Below are positions 45,284-56,369 of a DNA stretch of 64,000 nt, one piece after another (the first letter of the stretch is position 1; each line of letters opens with the position of its first letter). Source of the DNA: Escherichia coli. Its GTDB lineage: Bacteria; Pseudomonadota; Gammaproteobacteria; Enterobacterales; Enterobacteriaceae. The stretch lies in NCBI RefSeq assembly GCF_044324875.1, contig NZ_CP172185.1. One strand, given 5' to 3'. Both the position numbers and the translations under genes were made by a program. The notes beneath the pieces were generated by a model. It ran no database searches and was not told the DNA's origin. It saw only the letters and a program-made list of their open reading frames with translations.

Positions 45284-45481
45284 GATGCATATCCTCCGGT
45301 TAACAGCGGAGTCCGCGGTTAAATAAAAGGAACAACATGACTTACATGAAATTAACGGCGGCTAAACGCATTGTTTTTTTTATATATTTATTTGTAATCC
45401 AGTTTTGGAAAAACGCCAGTTTTCAAACGAAAGTCAGTTAAAAATCTGCCGGGATATGACGAAGGTGGAGCGGGGAAATAA

Positions 45482-45508
45482 ACGGCCCATTCATGAGGAA
45501 TGGGCCGT
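45482..45508 (-). terminator. Rho-independent terminator after rnb
   Basis: The minus strand reads acggcccatt-cctcatg-aatgggccgt followed by ttatttcc, 10 nt after the rnb stop. Confidence 0.75.
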
Positions 45509-45517
45509 GAAAGGAGA

Positions 45518-47452
45518 TTACGCGACCGGGCGCGCAATAATGCTGCGGGTTTCCATGCGGACTTCGGCAATGGTGACGTCAATAACGTCAGTCACTTTGT
45601 AAGCCGTTTCACCTTTAATTTGTACAGTGCCGTTTTCCTGGCTGCAAACCAGTTCATCGCGCACAGCGTGTAAGAAAGGTGCCGGAATAAAGGCAATAGC
45701 GCCGTTATCAACCAAACGCACACGCATGCCGCCACGGCTGATATCGACAATTTCCGCCGCGAAACGGGTGTCAGTCCCGGCTTTGTCTTTCAGGAAGCGT
45801 GCGTATAACCAGTCGCCAACATCACGTTCTGCCATTCGGTTGAGACGGCGACGCTCGGCCATTTGGACAGTGATTTCATCCTGCGGACGCGTCGCAGTTT
45901 CGCCTTTGATAACCGCTTTCAGCAGACGGTGGTTGATCATGTCGCCATATTTACGGATCGGCGAAGTCCAGGTGGCGTATGCCTCCAGACCGAGGCCAAA
46001 GTGAGGACCGGGTTCAGTGCTAATTTCAGCAAATGACTGGAAGCGACGAATGCGGCTGTCGAGGAAACCAGTTGGTTGCGCATCCAGTTCACGACGCAGT
46101 TTGCAGAAACCGTCCAGCGTGAGCACTTCTTCGGCATCGACATGCAGACCGTGGGTTTTCAGCAACGCTGCCAGCGCGTCGGCATTCGCCGGATCAAAGC
46201 CCATATGCACGTTATAGATGCCAAAACCGAGCTTATCGCGCAGTACGCGGGCCGCACAAATGTTAGCGGCAATCATCGCTTCTTCGACGATACGATTGGC
46301 AATGCGACGAGGCTCGGCGACGATATCCAGCACTTCACCTTTTTCACCGAGAATAAAGCGGTAATCCGGGCGATCTTTAAATACCAGTGCGTGGTTATGA
46401 CGCCACTCGCCGCGGCGTTGGCAAATTTGCGCTAACAAACGGACTTGTTCGGCAATTGCTTCACTTTCAGGCTGCCAGTCACCGGTATTTTCCAGCCAGT
46501 CAGAGACCTGGTCATACACCAGCTTCGCTTTGGATTCGATGGTGGCGGCAAAGAATTCGATATTATCTTCAATGGTGCCATCAGCGGAGAGCGTCATGCG
46601 GCATGCCAGTACCGGGCGGACTTCATTGGCGCGCAGTGAGCAGAGATCGTCAGAAAGCTCGCGAGGCAGCATAGGGATGTTGAAGCCAGGCAGATAGTTG
46701 GTGAATGCGCGAATTTTCGCGGCTTTGTCCAGCTTGCTGCCTTCAGCAATCCACGCGGTTGGATCGGCAATCGCCACAATCAGCTGAAGTTTGTCATCCG
46801 GCAACGCCTTAGCGAAAAGGGCGTCATCCATATCTTCTGTGCTGGCACTGTCGATGGTGACAAAATCCAGCGCGGTCAGATCTTCACGAACCAGACCTTC
46901 ATCGAGCATTTCGGTAGCGACGCCGTCTGGTGCTTCTTTTTCCAGATTATGGCGCGCAAGGGTAACCCACCACGGTACAAAGTGATCGTCACCAAAAGTG
47001 ATGTATTGTGTCAGTTCAGCATAGAAAGAACGATCGCCTTTCAGCGGATGACGGCGCATTTCGGCAACCGCCCAGTCGCCTTCTTTAAACTCGTGGTTCA
47101 GGCCACGGGCTGCGCGGCAAGGAATGGCGTCTTTTAAGAGTGGATGATCAGGAACGATGGCCAGACGGTCATTTTTGCCCTGAACTTTACCCACGAAACG
47201 AGTCAGAAACGGTTCAACCAGTTCTTCTGGCTCTGCGGATTCACGTTCTTTTTCACTGTGGATAACCGCGATAATTCGGTCGCCATGCATGACTTTTTTC
47301 ATCTGCGGCGGCGGAATGAAATAACTTTTTTGCGCGTCGACTTCCAGGAAGCCAAAGCCTTTTTCTGTGGCTTTTACCACCCCTTCAGCGCGTGGCGTCT
47401 GGGAATGCAGTTGCTGTTTAAGCTGCGCTAGCAGCGGGTTGTCCTGAAACAT
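45518..47452 (-). CDS. rnb: Exoribonuclease II
   Basis: 644 aa. CSD domains, RNB catalytic domain ([15 protein letters not shown]) and a C-terminal S1 domain. Confidence 0.97.
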   Translation of the reverse strand: MFQDNPLLAQLKQQLHSQTPRAEGVVKATEKGFGFLEVDAQKSYFIPPPQMKKVMHGDRIIAVIHSEKERESAEPEELVEPFLTRFVGKVQGKNDRLAIVPDHPLLKDAIPCRAARGLNHEFKEGDWAVAEMRRHPLKGDRSFYAELTQYITFGDDHFVPWWVTLARHNLEKEAPDGVATEMLDEGLVREDLTALDFVTIDSASTEDMDDALFAKALPDDKLQLIVAIADPTAWIAEGSKLDKAAKIRAFTNYLPGFNIPMLPRELSDDLCSLRANEVRPVLACRMTLSADGTIEDNIEFFAATIESKAKLVYDQVSDWLENTGDWQPESEAIAEQVRLLAQICQRRGEWRHNHALVFKDRPDYRFILGEKGEVLDIVAEPRRIANRIVEEAMIAANICAARVLRDKLGFGIYNVHMGFDPANADALAALLKTHGLHVDAEEVLTLDGFCKLRRELDAQPTGFLDSRIRRFQSFAEISTEPGPHFGLGLEAYATWTSPIRKYGDMINHRLLKAVIKGETATRPQDEITVQMAERRRLNRMAERDVGDWLYARFLKDKAGTDTRFAAEIVDISRGGMRVRLVDNGAIAFIPAPFLHAVRDELVCSQENGTVQIKGETAYKVTDVIDVTIAEVRMETRSIIARPVA

Positions 47453-47519
47453 AATTGTCTATTTTGGTGGCCATTAGAGCGGCTGACAGTTTTACGCGAA
47501 TCTGTCTGACGCGGCAAGG

Positions 47520-48647
47520 TTAATATGTCTCACCCAACGCGATTTTTAAGCGATTTATCCAGCCACACAGCCCGCTCCATACCAGCAGATTAATAATCTG
47601 CGTTGATGATTTTTCGTGTTCGAGTAATGGGCTGAACTGGGCGGCGCTAAAGCGATCGGGTGCTCGGGTCAGCCATTGTATCGCCTGAACGGTAGCGCGC
47701 TCAACAGAATGACGGTCAGCCCATTGGTTAATTTCATTTTCGCCCTTGCGCAGAAGGGCGCTGATTTTTTTATATTCATTTGATGAATCCATACAGATGG
47801 CAAAACAAGCAGGACTGCCATTTATCCGCGCGCATAACAACGCCGCAAGCTGATTATCCGGCTGTGTATTGACCCGTGTGCTGTTTAGCAACTTTTCGAG
47901 AAGGGAAAGTGAAATAGGGTGGAGAGAGAGTGTTTCGGCCAGTTGGCAAAGTTCTGCAGTTGAACTTTTTGTGTGCTCTTCAGGTAGTTTTTCCACCTCA
48001 TAGCTGCTTCGCCAGCGTATTGACTCATCAGCAAACAGTGACGCGTCGGCATAGTTTTGTATCTCCAGACCGGGTAACCAGCGTACCGGATGCCCGAGAT
48101 AAGCCTGAAATGTCGCAATGGTCCGCGCCTGAAAGCCAATAAAACCAATGATTTGATTAATGATCACACAGTCCCAGACAGTAAGACCGACGTCATTCAG
48201 ATGCTGGCGCGATCGGTTGTCGATAATAGAAGGCGAGCTAGCCAGTTGGCGGGCATATTGCGTGATTTGTGCTAACCGATGATTACTTTCCCTGGAGGAA
48301 TCAGGCCCGGGGAGCGGCGTAAGTCGCGCCGAATAGTAGTTACATAACCGCTGGACGCCGCAAACCTGAGCAACCGTCAGGGCCGTCGACAAGCGTTCAT
48401 AAGCGGTGAAGGTCTGTGAACGGGTCACGGTAAGCTGGTCAGGGAACAACTCCACTGCAAGAACGCGCGCAGGGACCAGCCATGAAAGGAAGGGTGACAG
48501 CGTTTCTTCATCAAGGATCACGTCGAGCAGAAAGGGATCGCTGACCTTTGCGGCTTCCGGGACCAGAGGCAGAACGTCATATTCCGCAGTACTGGATTGC
48601 GTTTCATGATACCAGTGGCTTTTGCCGGTGATGTGGCGTTGTTCCAT
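47520..48647 (-). CDS. yciW: CMD-domain (AhpD-like) protein YciW
   Basis: Trimmed to [28 protein letters not shown], 375 aa, the remembered length. Confidence 0.88.
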   Translation of the reverse strand: MEQRHITGKSHWYHETQSSTAEYDVLPLVPEAAKVSDPFLLDVILDEETLSPFLSWLVPARVLAVELFPDQLTVTRSQTFTAYERLSTALTVAQVCGVQRLCNYYSARLTPLPGPDSSRESNHRLAQITQYARQLASSPSIIDNRSRQHLNDVGLTVWDCVIINQIIGFIGFQARTIATFQAYLGHPVRWLPGLEIQNYADASLFADESIRWRSSYEVEKLPEEHTKSSTAELCQLAETLSLHPISLSLLEKLLNSTRVNTQPDNQLAALLCARINGSPACFAICMDSSNEYKKISALLRKGENEINQWADRHSVERATVQAIQWLTRAPDRFSAAQFSPLLEHEKSSTQIINLLVWSGLCGWINRLKIALGETY

Positions 48648-48750
48648 GGGCGCTCCTTGGTCGTAAAGGAAATCGTTATCCTGACGCAAGGCGGGAAGGG
48701 GAGAAAGACGGATCGGCGATAACAAATATCAGAAAGGTATAACAGAGATA

Positions 48751-48773
48751 ACGGGCGGCAGAACGCCGCCCGT
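48751..48773 (-). terminator. Rho-independent terminator after fabI
   Basis: acgggcggc-(5-nt loop)-gccgcccgt, a perfect 9-bp stem. On the minus strand it is followed by tatctctgtt. Confidence 0.75.
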
Positions 48774-48790
48774 CTTGACCAACAGAACGA

Positions 48791-49579
48791 TTATTTCAGT
48801 TCGAGTTCGTTCATTGCAGCGATGCTGAAACCGCCGTCAACGTGGACCACTTCACCGGAGATACCGGCAGAGAGATCGGAGCACAGGAATGCCGCAGAGT
48901 TACCCACATCTTCAATGGTAACGGTACGGCGAATCGGGGTAACGGCTTCGCAATGAGCCAGCATTTTGCGGAAGTCTTTGATACCGGAAGCCGCCAGAGT
49001 ACGGATCGGACCCGCAGAGATGGCGTTAACACGCACACCTTCCGGACCCATCGCGTTCGCCATATAGCGCACGTTTGCTTCCAGAGACGCTTTTGCCAGA
49101 CCCATAACGTTGTAGTTCGGGATAGCGCGCTCAGCGCCAAGGTAGGAAAGGGTCAGCAGGGCAGAACCCGGATTCAGCATGGAGCGGCAAGCTTTTGCCA
49201 TTGCAACGAAGCTGTAGGAGCTGATGTCGTGAGCAATTTTGAAGCCTTCACGGGTAACGGCGTTAACATAGTCACCATCCAGCTGATCGCCAGGTGCAAA
49301 ACCAATAGAGTGTACGAAACCGTCAAATTTCGGCCAAACTTTCGCCAGTTCAGCGAACATGGTGTCGATGCTGGCATCTTCGGCAACATCGCACTGCAGA
49401 ACGATGTCAGAACCCAATTGAGCGGCAAATTCTTCTACGCGGCCTTTCAGTTTGTCGTTCTGGTAGGTGAATGCCAGTTCAGCTCCTTCGCGGTGCATCG
49501 CCTGAGCGATACCGTAGGCGATGGACAGTTTGCTGGCAACACCGGTTACCAGAATGCGCTTACCGGAAAGAAAACCCAT
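48791..49579 (-). CDS. fabI: Enoyl-ACP reductase (NADH) FabI
   Basis: 262 aa, [26 protein letters not shown], with the catalytic Tyr/Lys region [12 protein letters not shown]. Confidence 0.98.
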   Translation of the reverse strand: MGFLSGKRILVTGVASKLSIAYGIAQAMHREGAELAFTYQNDKLKGRVEEFAAQLGSDIVLQCDVAEDASIDTMFAELAKVWPKFDGFVHSIGFAPGDQLDGDYVNAVTREGFKIAHDISSYSFVAMAKACRSMLNPGSALLTLSYLGAERAIPNYNVMGLAKASLEANVRYMANAMGPEGVRVNAISAGPIRTLAASGIKDFRKMLAHCEAVTPIRRTVTIEDVGNSAAFLCSDLSAGISGEVVHVDGGFSIAAMNELELK

Positions 49580-49744
49580 AGCTTTAATCCTTATTGTTGA
49601 TGCTTGTTGTGCCTGAAAATCAGGCGATTCGTCGTTTTAGTAAACAGTACGAACAGATAAACGGTTATTATAATCAACCTGGCTGTGGGTGGCTATAGTT
49701 GCCAGGTCCGACCGGAGCAGGGTGCGGGCAGGGTGGGCGCTTTT

Positions 49745-49783
49745 CCCCTCACCCTAACCCTCTCCCCAGAGGGGCGAGGGGAC
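49745..49783 (-). repeat. GC-rich imperfect-palindrome intergenic repeat, copy A (inverted relative to copies B and C)
   Basis: cccctcaccctaaccctctccccagaggggcgaggggac. Its reverse complement matches copy C at 32 of 39 positions by hand alignment. Confidence 0.8.
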
Positions 49784-49829
49784 CGTATTGTGCAAATATT
49801 GTCACCCCAGCAACAAACAGGCTTATACA

Positions 49830-49870
49830 GCCCCCTAACCCTTTCAGGGCGATGGCTGGGGTGAGAGTGA
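49830..49870 (+). repeat. GC-rich imperfect-palindrome intergenic repeat, copy B (degenerate)
   Basis: gccccctaaccctttcagggcgatggctggggtgagagtga matches copy C at 35 of 41 positions. Confidence 0.75.
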
Positions 49871-49948
49871 ATGGTGGTTCAGACCTTGCCGAATATTCTT
49901 CATCATCCGCCTCCATGTTTTCACCACAACAGCTATTCGGCTCGGTCG

Positions 49949-49989
49949 GCCCCCTCGCCCTTTCAGGGAGAGGGTTGGGGTGAGGGTGA
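49949..49989 (+). repeat. GC-rich imperfect-palindrome repeat, copy C; overlaps the 3' end of ycjD
   Basis: gccccctcgccctttcagggagagggttggggtgagggtga, with an internal hairpin ccctcgccct-ttc-agggagaggg. The ycjD stop codon (49963-49965) lies inside it. Confidence 0.8.
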
Positions 49990-50325
49990 CAGGCGGTTCA
50001 GTTCCTGCAGAATAATCTCCAGCACCGCCTCCTCATTACAATCAATCTCGTTATTCCAGAAACGCAGCACGGTCCAGCCCTGCGACTCAAGCCAGCTAGT
50101 GCGCCTGGAATCATAGGCAACTGCCAAATCATGCTGCCCACCATCCAGCTCAACTACTACACGCGCCGAGCAGCAAGCAAAATCGAGAATGTAGCTCCCC
50201 ACCGGATGTTGACGGCGAAATTTGAAATCACCAAAACGTCGGCTGCGAAGATATCGCCAGAGCTTTCGTTCCTGCGAAGTGAGATTGCGTCTTAAATCAC
50301 GCGCATTTGATTTTATTTTATCCAT
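49963..50325 (-). CDS. ycjD: DUF559 (Vsr-like endonuclease fold) protein YcjD
   Basis: MDKIKSNARDLRRNLTSQERKLWRYLRSRRFGDFKFRRQHPVGSYILDFAC... An in-frame GTG one codon upstream (50326-50328) is an alternative start. The last residues, LSPSPQPSP, are encoded by repeat copy C. Confidence 0.85.
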   Translation of the reverse strand: MDKIKSNARDLRRNLTSQERKLWRYLRSRRFGDFKFRRQHPVGSYILDFACCSARVVVELDGGQHDLAVAYDSRRTSWLESQGWTVLRFWNNEIDCNEEAVLEIILQELNRLSPSPQPSP

Positions 50326-50368
50326 CACCTCATTCTGACAAGATTTAATCTCTTGTCAGAATGAGGTG
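50326..50368. repeat. Perfect 18-bp inverted repeat (7-nt loop) between sapF and ycjD
   Basis: cacctcattctgacaaga-tttaatc-tcttgtcagaatgaggtg. The arm ends directly at the ycjD start codon. Confidence 0.9.
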
Positions 50369-50395
50369 AATAATCTGGAAGGAGGATTCAGAAAA

Positions 50396-51202
50396 TTAAC
50401 GATCTTTACGCCACGCATCCGCCGTCAATGCCTCGCCAAAATGACCGGCAATAAGCCGTTTGGTGAGTTCATGCAGCGGCGATGCCAGCACATCGGCGGT
50501 GCTGCCTCGCTCGACAACCTCGCCCTGATGCATCACCAGCACCTGGTCGCTAATATGCTTCATCATTCCGATATGCTGGGTGACATAAATATACGAAATG
50601 CCCTGTTTTTCCTGTAACTCCAGCATCAGATTAATCAACTGCGAACGCATCGACATATCCAGTGAGGCGAGGGCTTCATCGGCAATAATGACTTTTGGGC
50701 GCAATATCAGCGCGCGCGCCAGCCCCAGACGCTGTTTTTGCCCGGGTGCCAACATATGCGGATAGTAACTGACGTGATCCGGTAGCAGCCCAACCATACG
50801 CATCGTTTCAATAATCTGTTTGCGACGCTGTTCCGGTTCCAGATCGGTGTTCAGACGCAGTGGAAAATCCAGTATTTGCGAGATACGTTGACGGGGATTC
50901 AACGATGTCGAAGGATCCTGAAAAATCATGCGAATACGCTGACTACGGAAGGAATAATCGCCAAAATGCAGCGGATGATCGTCAATCAATAACTCGCCGC
51001 TGGTAGGTTCTATCATTCCCGCCAGCATTTTTGCCAGCGTGGATTTACCCGAACCATTCTCGCCAATAATCGCCAGTGTCTGGCCTTCACGTAGCGTAAA
51101 GCTCAAGGGTTTTACCGCTTCTACGGTCTGACGACGAAACCAACCGGTCCGGTAGCGGAACGTTTTACTTAAATTACGCACTTCAAGCAGCGTTTCGATC
51201 AT
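50396..51202 (-). CDS. sapF: Putrescine export / peptide ABC transporter ATPase SapF
   Basis: 268 aa. Walker A GENGSGKS, Walker B VIIADEALASLD. Confidence 0.95.
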   Translation of the reverse strand: MIETLLEVRNLSKTFRYRTGWFRRQTVEAVKPLSFTLREGQTLAIIGENGSGKSTLAKMLAGMIEPTSGELLIDDHPLHFGDYSFRSQRIRMIFQDPSTSLNPRQRISQILDFPLRLNTDLEPEQRRKQIIETMRMVGLLPDHVSYYPHMLAPGQKQRLGLARALILRPKVIIADEALASLDMSMRSQLINLMLELQEKQGISYIYVTQHIGMMKHISDQVLVMHQGEVVERGSTADVLASPLHELTKRLIAGHFGEALTADAWRKDR

Positions 51203-51203
51203 C

Positions 51204-52196
51204 TCACTCTTTCTCCATGTTCAGCGGGAAATGACAGGCATAGAGATGATTTTTCGCCCCCGTCAAACGTGGCGTCACAATGCATTCTCGTTGTGCATAC
51301 GGGCAACGCGGCCCCAGACGACACCCAATCGGTAACTGTTCCAGCAGTGGGATAGCGCCGGGCAGCGTATTGAGGCGACTTTTATGCGGCATCGCGCTGC
51401 CGAAGTCTGGTATCGCGCGGATCAGCGCCTGGGTATAAGGATGATGTGGCATCGTCACCAACTCCTTACTCGGCGCGGTTTCCACCGTTTGACCGCAGTA
51501 AAGCACGTTAATTTTATCCGCCCATTGGCTAAGCATTTGTAAGTCATGGCTGATAAGCAAAATAGTGGTATTGCTGTTTTGGTTGAGACGCGTCAGGAGG
51601 CGAAAGATTTGCGCCTGGGTTGTTGGCTCCATTGAGTTTGTCGGTTCGTCAGCAATCAGCAGACGCGGTTGATTCGCCAGTGCAATGGCTATCATCACTT
51701 TCTGACATTCACCTTCGGTCAACTCATAGGGAAAACTGCGCATCGCATCTTTGTGATCTTTAATCCCCACGCGGTGCAGCAGTTCAATGGCACGGCGTTT
51801 GCGCCAGCCAAAACGCTGCCACCAACGGCCTTTATAGGTCCAGGCTGGGATGTTTTGCATCAACTGGCGACCCACTCGTTCTGAAGGATCAAGACACGAC
51901 TGCGGTTCCTGGAAAATCATCGACACGTTGTGACCAACCAGCTTGCGCCGTTCGCGTGCGGAGAGACGCAGCAAATCGATATCATCAAAACGCATACGAT
52001 CAGCTGTAACACGCCAGTTATCTTTATTCACCCCACAAATTGCTTTCGCAATCAAACTTTTGCCGGAACCGGATTCGCCAACAAGACCGCGGATTTCACC
52101 TTCGGTTAAGGTCATACTTACGCGGTCGACGGCTTTAACCCACTCATCACCGGTTTTAAATTCAATGGTCAGGTTACGAATATCGAGTAATGGCAT
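51204..52196 (-). CDS. sapD: ABC transporter ATPase SapD
   Basis: 330 aa. Walker A GESGSGKS, Walker [13 protein letters not shown]. Confidence 0.95.
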
Positions 52197-53086
52197 TATT
52201 CCACCCCCGCAATAATTGCACGACGGACACCGTCGCCAAGGAGGTTAACCAACAGCACGCTAATCATAATTGCCGCACCTGGCAGCATGACAGTCCACGG
52301 AGCGACATAAATCAGTTCCAGCGCATCACCGAGCATCGCTCCCCATTCAGGTGAGGGGAGTTGTGCGCCGAGATCGAGAAAGCCCAGCGCGGCGATATCG
52401 AGAATTGCCATCGACAGTGCGCGGGTGATCTCGGTGACCAGCCCGGCGGTGATGTTTGGCATCACAGCAAACCAGAGAATATTCAGCGTTGATGCGCCAT
52501 CCAGACGGGCGGCGATAACGTACTCTTTTTCCAGTTCGTCATGCACCATGCTGTAAATCGAACGTACCATACGAGGCAGCAGCGCCAGCCAGACGGCAAA
52601 CATGGCGTGAGACAAACTCGGCCCGGCAAACGCTACAACGATAATTGCCAGCAGTAGGGAAGGGATCGCCAGTAAGGTATCCAGAATATGGTTAAGCACC
52701 GCTGAGCGTAGGCCGTGCGTCGCCCCGGCGAAGGTGCCCAGTATCAGGCCGCAGATCGTCGCGGCAAGCGTCACCACAAATGCGCCGCCTACGGTTGGCG
52801 CAGCTCCGCTCAGTAAACGGCTTAAAACATCGCGTCCGAGGTCGTCAGTCCCAAGGAAGAAAGAAACTTCGCCATAGCGCGACCATGACGGCGGCAATAA
52901 TTGATAACCGAGAAATTGCTGATCGATGCCGTAAGGCGCAAACCAGCCGCCAAAAATACACAGTACAGCCAGCCCCGCGCAGCCGTACAGGCCGACCATC
53001 GCAGAGGCGTCACTATAAAATTTGCGCCAGGCGGTACGCAGCGTGCCCGGCGGGCGCTTTTCGCTGTATACGCTATCGTAAGGCAT
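52196..53086 (-). CDS. sapC: ABC transporter permease SapC
   Basis: 296 aa, an OppC/DppC-like permease ending [10 protein letters not shown]. Confidence 0.94.
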
Positions 53087-54038
53087 ACCATTCCTTATGT
53101 TTCAGAGGGTTAGCCATGGCACCCAAAATATCAGAAATCACGTTAACAATAATGACCAGTGAGCCACACACCATCACTCCGGCGGAAATGGCTGCGTAAT
53201 CCTGCTGGCGGATAGCGTTAATTAACCAGCGCCCTAAACCCGGCCAGCTAAAAACCATTTCGGTGATCATCGCCAGCGTCAGCATGGTAGAAAACTGTAA
53301 GCCCAGGCGAGGAATAACCGGAGGTAACGCGTTATGCAGAACGTGGCGACGCAAAATAGTAAAGCGCGACAAACCGCGGGTCGCCGCTGCTTTAACATAG
53401 TTCTGGTCATACACTTCGATAGTGCTAATACGCATCAGTCGGATCACTTCAGTTGTTGGCGCAACCGACAGGGTGATCACGGGCAATATCATATGGCGGA
53501 TTGCGCTCATGACCATTTCATCCCGCCATGGTGAGTCCGAAAGCCAGGCATCAATCAACGCAAAACCGGTAATCGGTTTCACTTCGTAGAGCAGATCGAA
53601 ACGTCCTGAAACGGGCAACCAACCTAGCGTGAGTGAACAAAACAGCGTCAACAGAAGCGCCAGCCAGAACACCGGGATTGAAAAGCCCAGTAAGGCGATG
53701 GCGTTGATCAAGTTATCCTGCCACTTATGGCGCGTAATCCCGGCAATCATCCCCACGGGGATGCCAACAATCAGCGCAAAACCGAAGGCGAGGATGCACA
53801 GTTCCATCGTCGCCGGGAAGACCTCTTTTAACTGTTCGGCAATCGGTTGACCGTTAATGCTGGAAACACCAAAATCCCAGTGGATCAGGCCATTAAACCA
53901 GAACACCCAGGCATTCCACAGTGACGCGCCTTGTAACGGCGCATGTGGGGTGAAATAGCTCAAGCTGAAGCCAACAAAGGTCAGCAGGAACAAGGTGACA
54001 ATCAATAACAAAATGCGGCGTAAGGTGAAGATAATCAT
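53073..54038 (-). CDS. sapB: ABC transporter permease SapB
   Basis: 321 aa, an OppB/DppB-like permease. Overlaps sapC by 14 nt. Confidence 0.94.
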   Translation of the reverse strand: MIIFTLRRILLLIVTLFLLTFVGFSLSYFTPHAPLQGASLWNAWVFWFNGLIHWDFGVSSINGQPIAEQLKEVFPATMELCILAFGFALIVGIPVGMIAGITRHKWQDNLINAIALLGFSIPVFWLALLLTLFCSLTLGWLPVSGRFDLLYEVKPITGFALIDAWLSDSPWRDEMVMSAIRHMILPVITLSVAPTTEVIRLMRISTIEVYDQNYVKAAATRGLSRFTILRRHVLHNALPPVIPRLGLQFSTMLTLAMITEMVFSWPGLGRWLINAIRQQDYAAISAGVMVCGSLVIIVNVISDILGAMANPLKHKEWYALR

Positions 54039-55678
54039 GGTTTTTTCACCTCATCCTGTTTCTCGCGATACACCCCAGCAAAGGAGGCGTTACCAAACGG
54101 ACTAAGTACCAGACCTTTGATATCGTACCGATAGGCCTGCAAGCGCAATGACGACGCCAGCGGCAGAATGGGTAATTCCTGCGCCAGAATACTCTGCGCT
54201 TCGTCATAGGCTTCAATACGCGCCGCCAGCTGCTGCGAGGAGAGCGCCTTACGCAACACGCTGTCGAATTTCGGATCGCACCAGTGGGCGAGGTTGGTCT
54301 GCGAATGAATTGCCGCGCAGCTCAGTAACGGACGGAAGAAACTGTCCGGGTCGTTACTGTCAGTCGCCCAACCGGATAACGTCAGATCATGGCTCATATC
54401 CATCAACCGCGCCTCCTGAAAGCGACCTTCTACCGGCACAATCACCACTTTTACGCCAACCTGCGCCATATCCGCCTGAATCAGTTCGGCGGTTTTCAGT
54501 GGACTGGGGTTCCACGCCTGCGAACGTGTTGGCACCCACAGTTTCAGCGTTAAGTTTTCCAGCCCCAACGCCTTCAACTGTTCGCGCGATTTCGCCGGAT
54601 TGTATTCAGTAATTTTAGCCTCGTTGTCATAGGCCCACGAGGCGCGCGGTAAAATAGAGGCCGCCGTTTCAGCCGTACCATAATAGATGGATTGCATCAG
54701 GCGCTGGTTATTAATCGCCAGTGCCAGCGCATGGCGGACAGCGGGATTATTTAGTGGCGGTTTGGCGGTGTTAAATGCCAGATAGGCGACGTTCATCCCA
54801 GGACGCAGCGTTAAACGCAAGCGTGGGTCGTCACGCAAAATGGATAGCTGACTGGCAGCAGGCCAGGCCAGAACGTCGCACTCTCCGGTCAGGAGTTTCG
54901 ACAGACGTCCGGTACCGCCGGAGCCTAAATCCACCACCACCTGCGGCATTAACGGTTTGCCGCGCCAGAAGTCATCATGACGTTGTAGGCGAATAAATTG
55001 CCCGGCGCGGTATTCCGACAACTGATACGGTCCAGTGCCGACCGGCTGACGGTCGAGTTGTTCCTGACGATCTTCTTTCTCTAACTTCCCGGCATATTCT
55101 GCCGACATGACCGATGCATAATGGGTCGCCAGGTGCCACAAAAAAGAAGCATCCGGCTGGGCGAGTCGGAACTCAACCGTATGATTATCCAGTTTGCGGA
55201 CGCTTTTCACGTTATCGGCAAATTGCAGGCTGTCGAAGTAGGGGAAGTTGCTGCCGTTGACGTTATGCCACGGGTTGTTGCGGTCAAAAATTCGCTGGAA
55301 GGTAAACACCACATCGTCGGCATTCATTTTACGAGTGGGAGTAAACCAGTCGGTTTTTTGAAACGGAACATCGCGACGCAGGTGGAAGCGATAGGTCGCG
55401 CCGTTATCGAGAACTTCCCAGCTTTCGGCAAGTTCCGGCATCAGGCGATAGGTATAGGGATCGACATCCAGCAGTCGATCATAAAACTGGGCGGCAAGGG
55501 TATCGACAATTAACCCACTGCTCGCTTTGGATGGGTTAAAGGTGTTGACTTGCCCGCTGACGCAATAGACAAAACCGCTGTCGCGGATATCAGCATGCGG
55601 GGGGGATTCAGGCGCGGCGATTGCCTGACCACTCACAAGTCCAGCAATCACCAAAAGAGACGATAATACCTGGCGCAT
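54035..55678 (-). CDS. sapA: Periplasmic substrate-binding protein SapA
   Basis: 547 aa. Signal peptide [21 protein letters not shown]|APE, family-5 SBP. Overlaps sapB by 4 nt. Confidence 0.95.
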   Translation of the reverse strand: MRQVLSSLLVIAGLVSGQAIAAPESPPHADIRDSGFVYCVSGQVNTFNPSKASSGLIVDTLAAQFYDRLLDVDPYTYRLMPELAESWEVLDNGATYRFHLRRDVPFQKTDWFTPTRKMNADDVVFTFQRIFDRNNPWHNVNGSNFPYFDSLQFADNVKSVRKLDNHTVEFRLAQPDASFLWHLATHYASVMSAEYAGKLEKEDRQEQLDRQPVGTGPYQLSEYRAGQFIRLQRHDDFWRGKPLMPQVVVDLGSGGTGRLSKLLTGECDVLAWPAASQLSILRDDPRLRLTLRPGMNVAYLAFNTAKPPLNNPAVRHALALAINNQRLMQSIYYGTAETAASILPRASWAYDNEAKITEYNPAKSREQLKALGLENLTLKLWVPTRSQAWNPSPLKTAELIQADMAQVGVKVVIVPVEGRFQEARLMDMSHDLTLSGWATDSNDPDSFFRPLLSCAAIHSQTNLAHWCDPKFDSVLRKALSSQQLAARIEAYDEAQSILAQELPILPLASSLRLQAYRYDIKGLVLSPFGNASFAGVYREKQDEVKKP

Positions 55679-55926
55679 AATATTAATGGATTTTATGTAA
55701 AGAGGCTATCTTACTAATATTTAATGACATTTGCCATTACCGTTTGTGTTCAGGGGTCGTAATGAGGGCCGTGTGGTTGGTCGTTGAACAGGTGACGTCG
55801 CCATCTGTTCAACATTCGTACCCGTGATTTCTCTATAACTATAACTCACAGAACAACTTAGCGAGGAGCAGAGCGGTACGATCGTGAGAAACCCATTAAA
55901 GCACGCTGCAGTGCGTGTCATTTTTA

Positions 55927-55960
55927 GCCGGATGCGGCGTGAACGCTTTATCCGGGCAAC
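55927..55960. repeat. REP (repetitive extragenic palindrome) element
   Basis: gccggatgcggcgtgaacgctttatccgggcaac closely matches the REP consensus GCCGGATGCGGCGTGAACGCCTTATCCGGCCTAC. Confidence 0.85.
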
Positions 55961-55990
55961 GATACTGACCGAGCGTCTGCAATGAAATAA

Positions 55991-56236
55991 TTACTCATTA
56001 CCCCATTGATTCAAAAACTCTGCGATCTCATCAATGCGTACGGGATTAATCCCCGCTTCAGCAGCCATTTCATGTTGGGCTTCTTCGCTGATCTCTTCAT
56101 TGTTCATCAAACGGGTGAGCAGTAACTGGAAGTAGTGGGCCAGCGGTGTGCGTTCAGCGTCTGCGACAGGCTCTGCGCATTCGGTCGCGTACTCATCGGC
56201 AATATCAAAATATTTTAGCGGGATATCGTGGTTCAT
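55991..56236 (-). CDS. ymjA: Small acidic protein YmjA (DUF2543)
   Basis: 81 aa, [24 protein letters not shown]. Conserved position between sapA and puuP. Confidence 0.88.
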   Translation of the reverse strand: MNHDIPLKYFDIADEYATECAEPVADAERTPLAHYFQLLLTRLMNNEEISEEAQHEMAAEAGINPVRIDEIAEFLNQWGNE

Positions 56237-56321
56237 TATTTGCCCTTGGGGTTAATGCGCTAAGCATAAGGGCGGATGATAGCACTCGTGATCCGGGTCA
56301 TACATCTTTTTATAGTTAATG

Positions 56322-56360
56322 GCGCGGTGCATTACCCTCAGGCAGGATAATGCGCCGCGC
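56322..56360 (-). terminator. Possible terminator or stabilising hairpin after puuP
   Basis: gcgcggtgcatta-(13-nt loop)-taatgcgccgcgc, a 13-bp stem with one mismatch. There is no clean U-tract. Confidence 0.4.
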
Positions 56361-56369
56361 ATCCGACTA

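Noticed and set aside
48842-49600. 252-aa ORF on the plus strand spanning nearly all of fabI
   Set aside because: It is antisense to an unmistakable FabI (SDR motifs, correct length and start). Its translation is low-complexity and Arg/Gly/His-rich, with no SD. Long antisense frames are expected in genes rich in G+C at third codon positions.
49699-50116. Two plus-strand ORFs (94 aa and 81 aa) between fabI and ycjD
   Set aside because: They are read-through translations of the GC-rich palindromic repeats (PLPRGARGP, GEGWGEG). The second is also antisense to ycjD.
55721-55921. 66-aa minus-strand ORF upstream of sapA
   Set aside because: It lies in the sapA promoter and leader next to a REP element. 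It has no SD, a Cys/Ser/Thr-rich improbable sequence, and no annotation in the K-12 map I remember.
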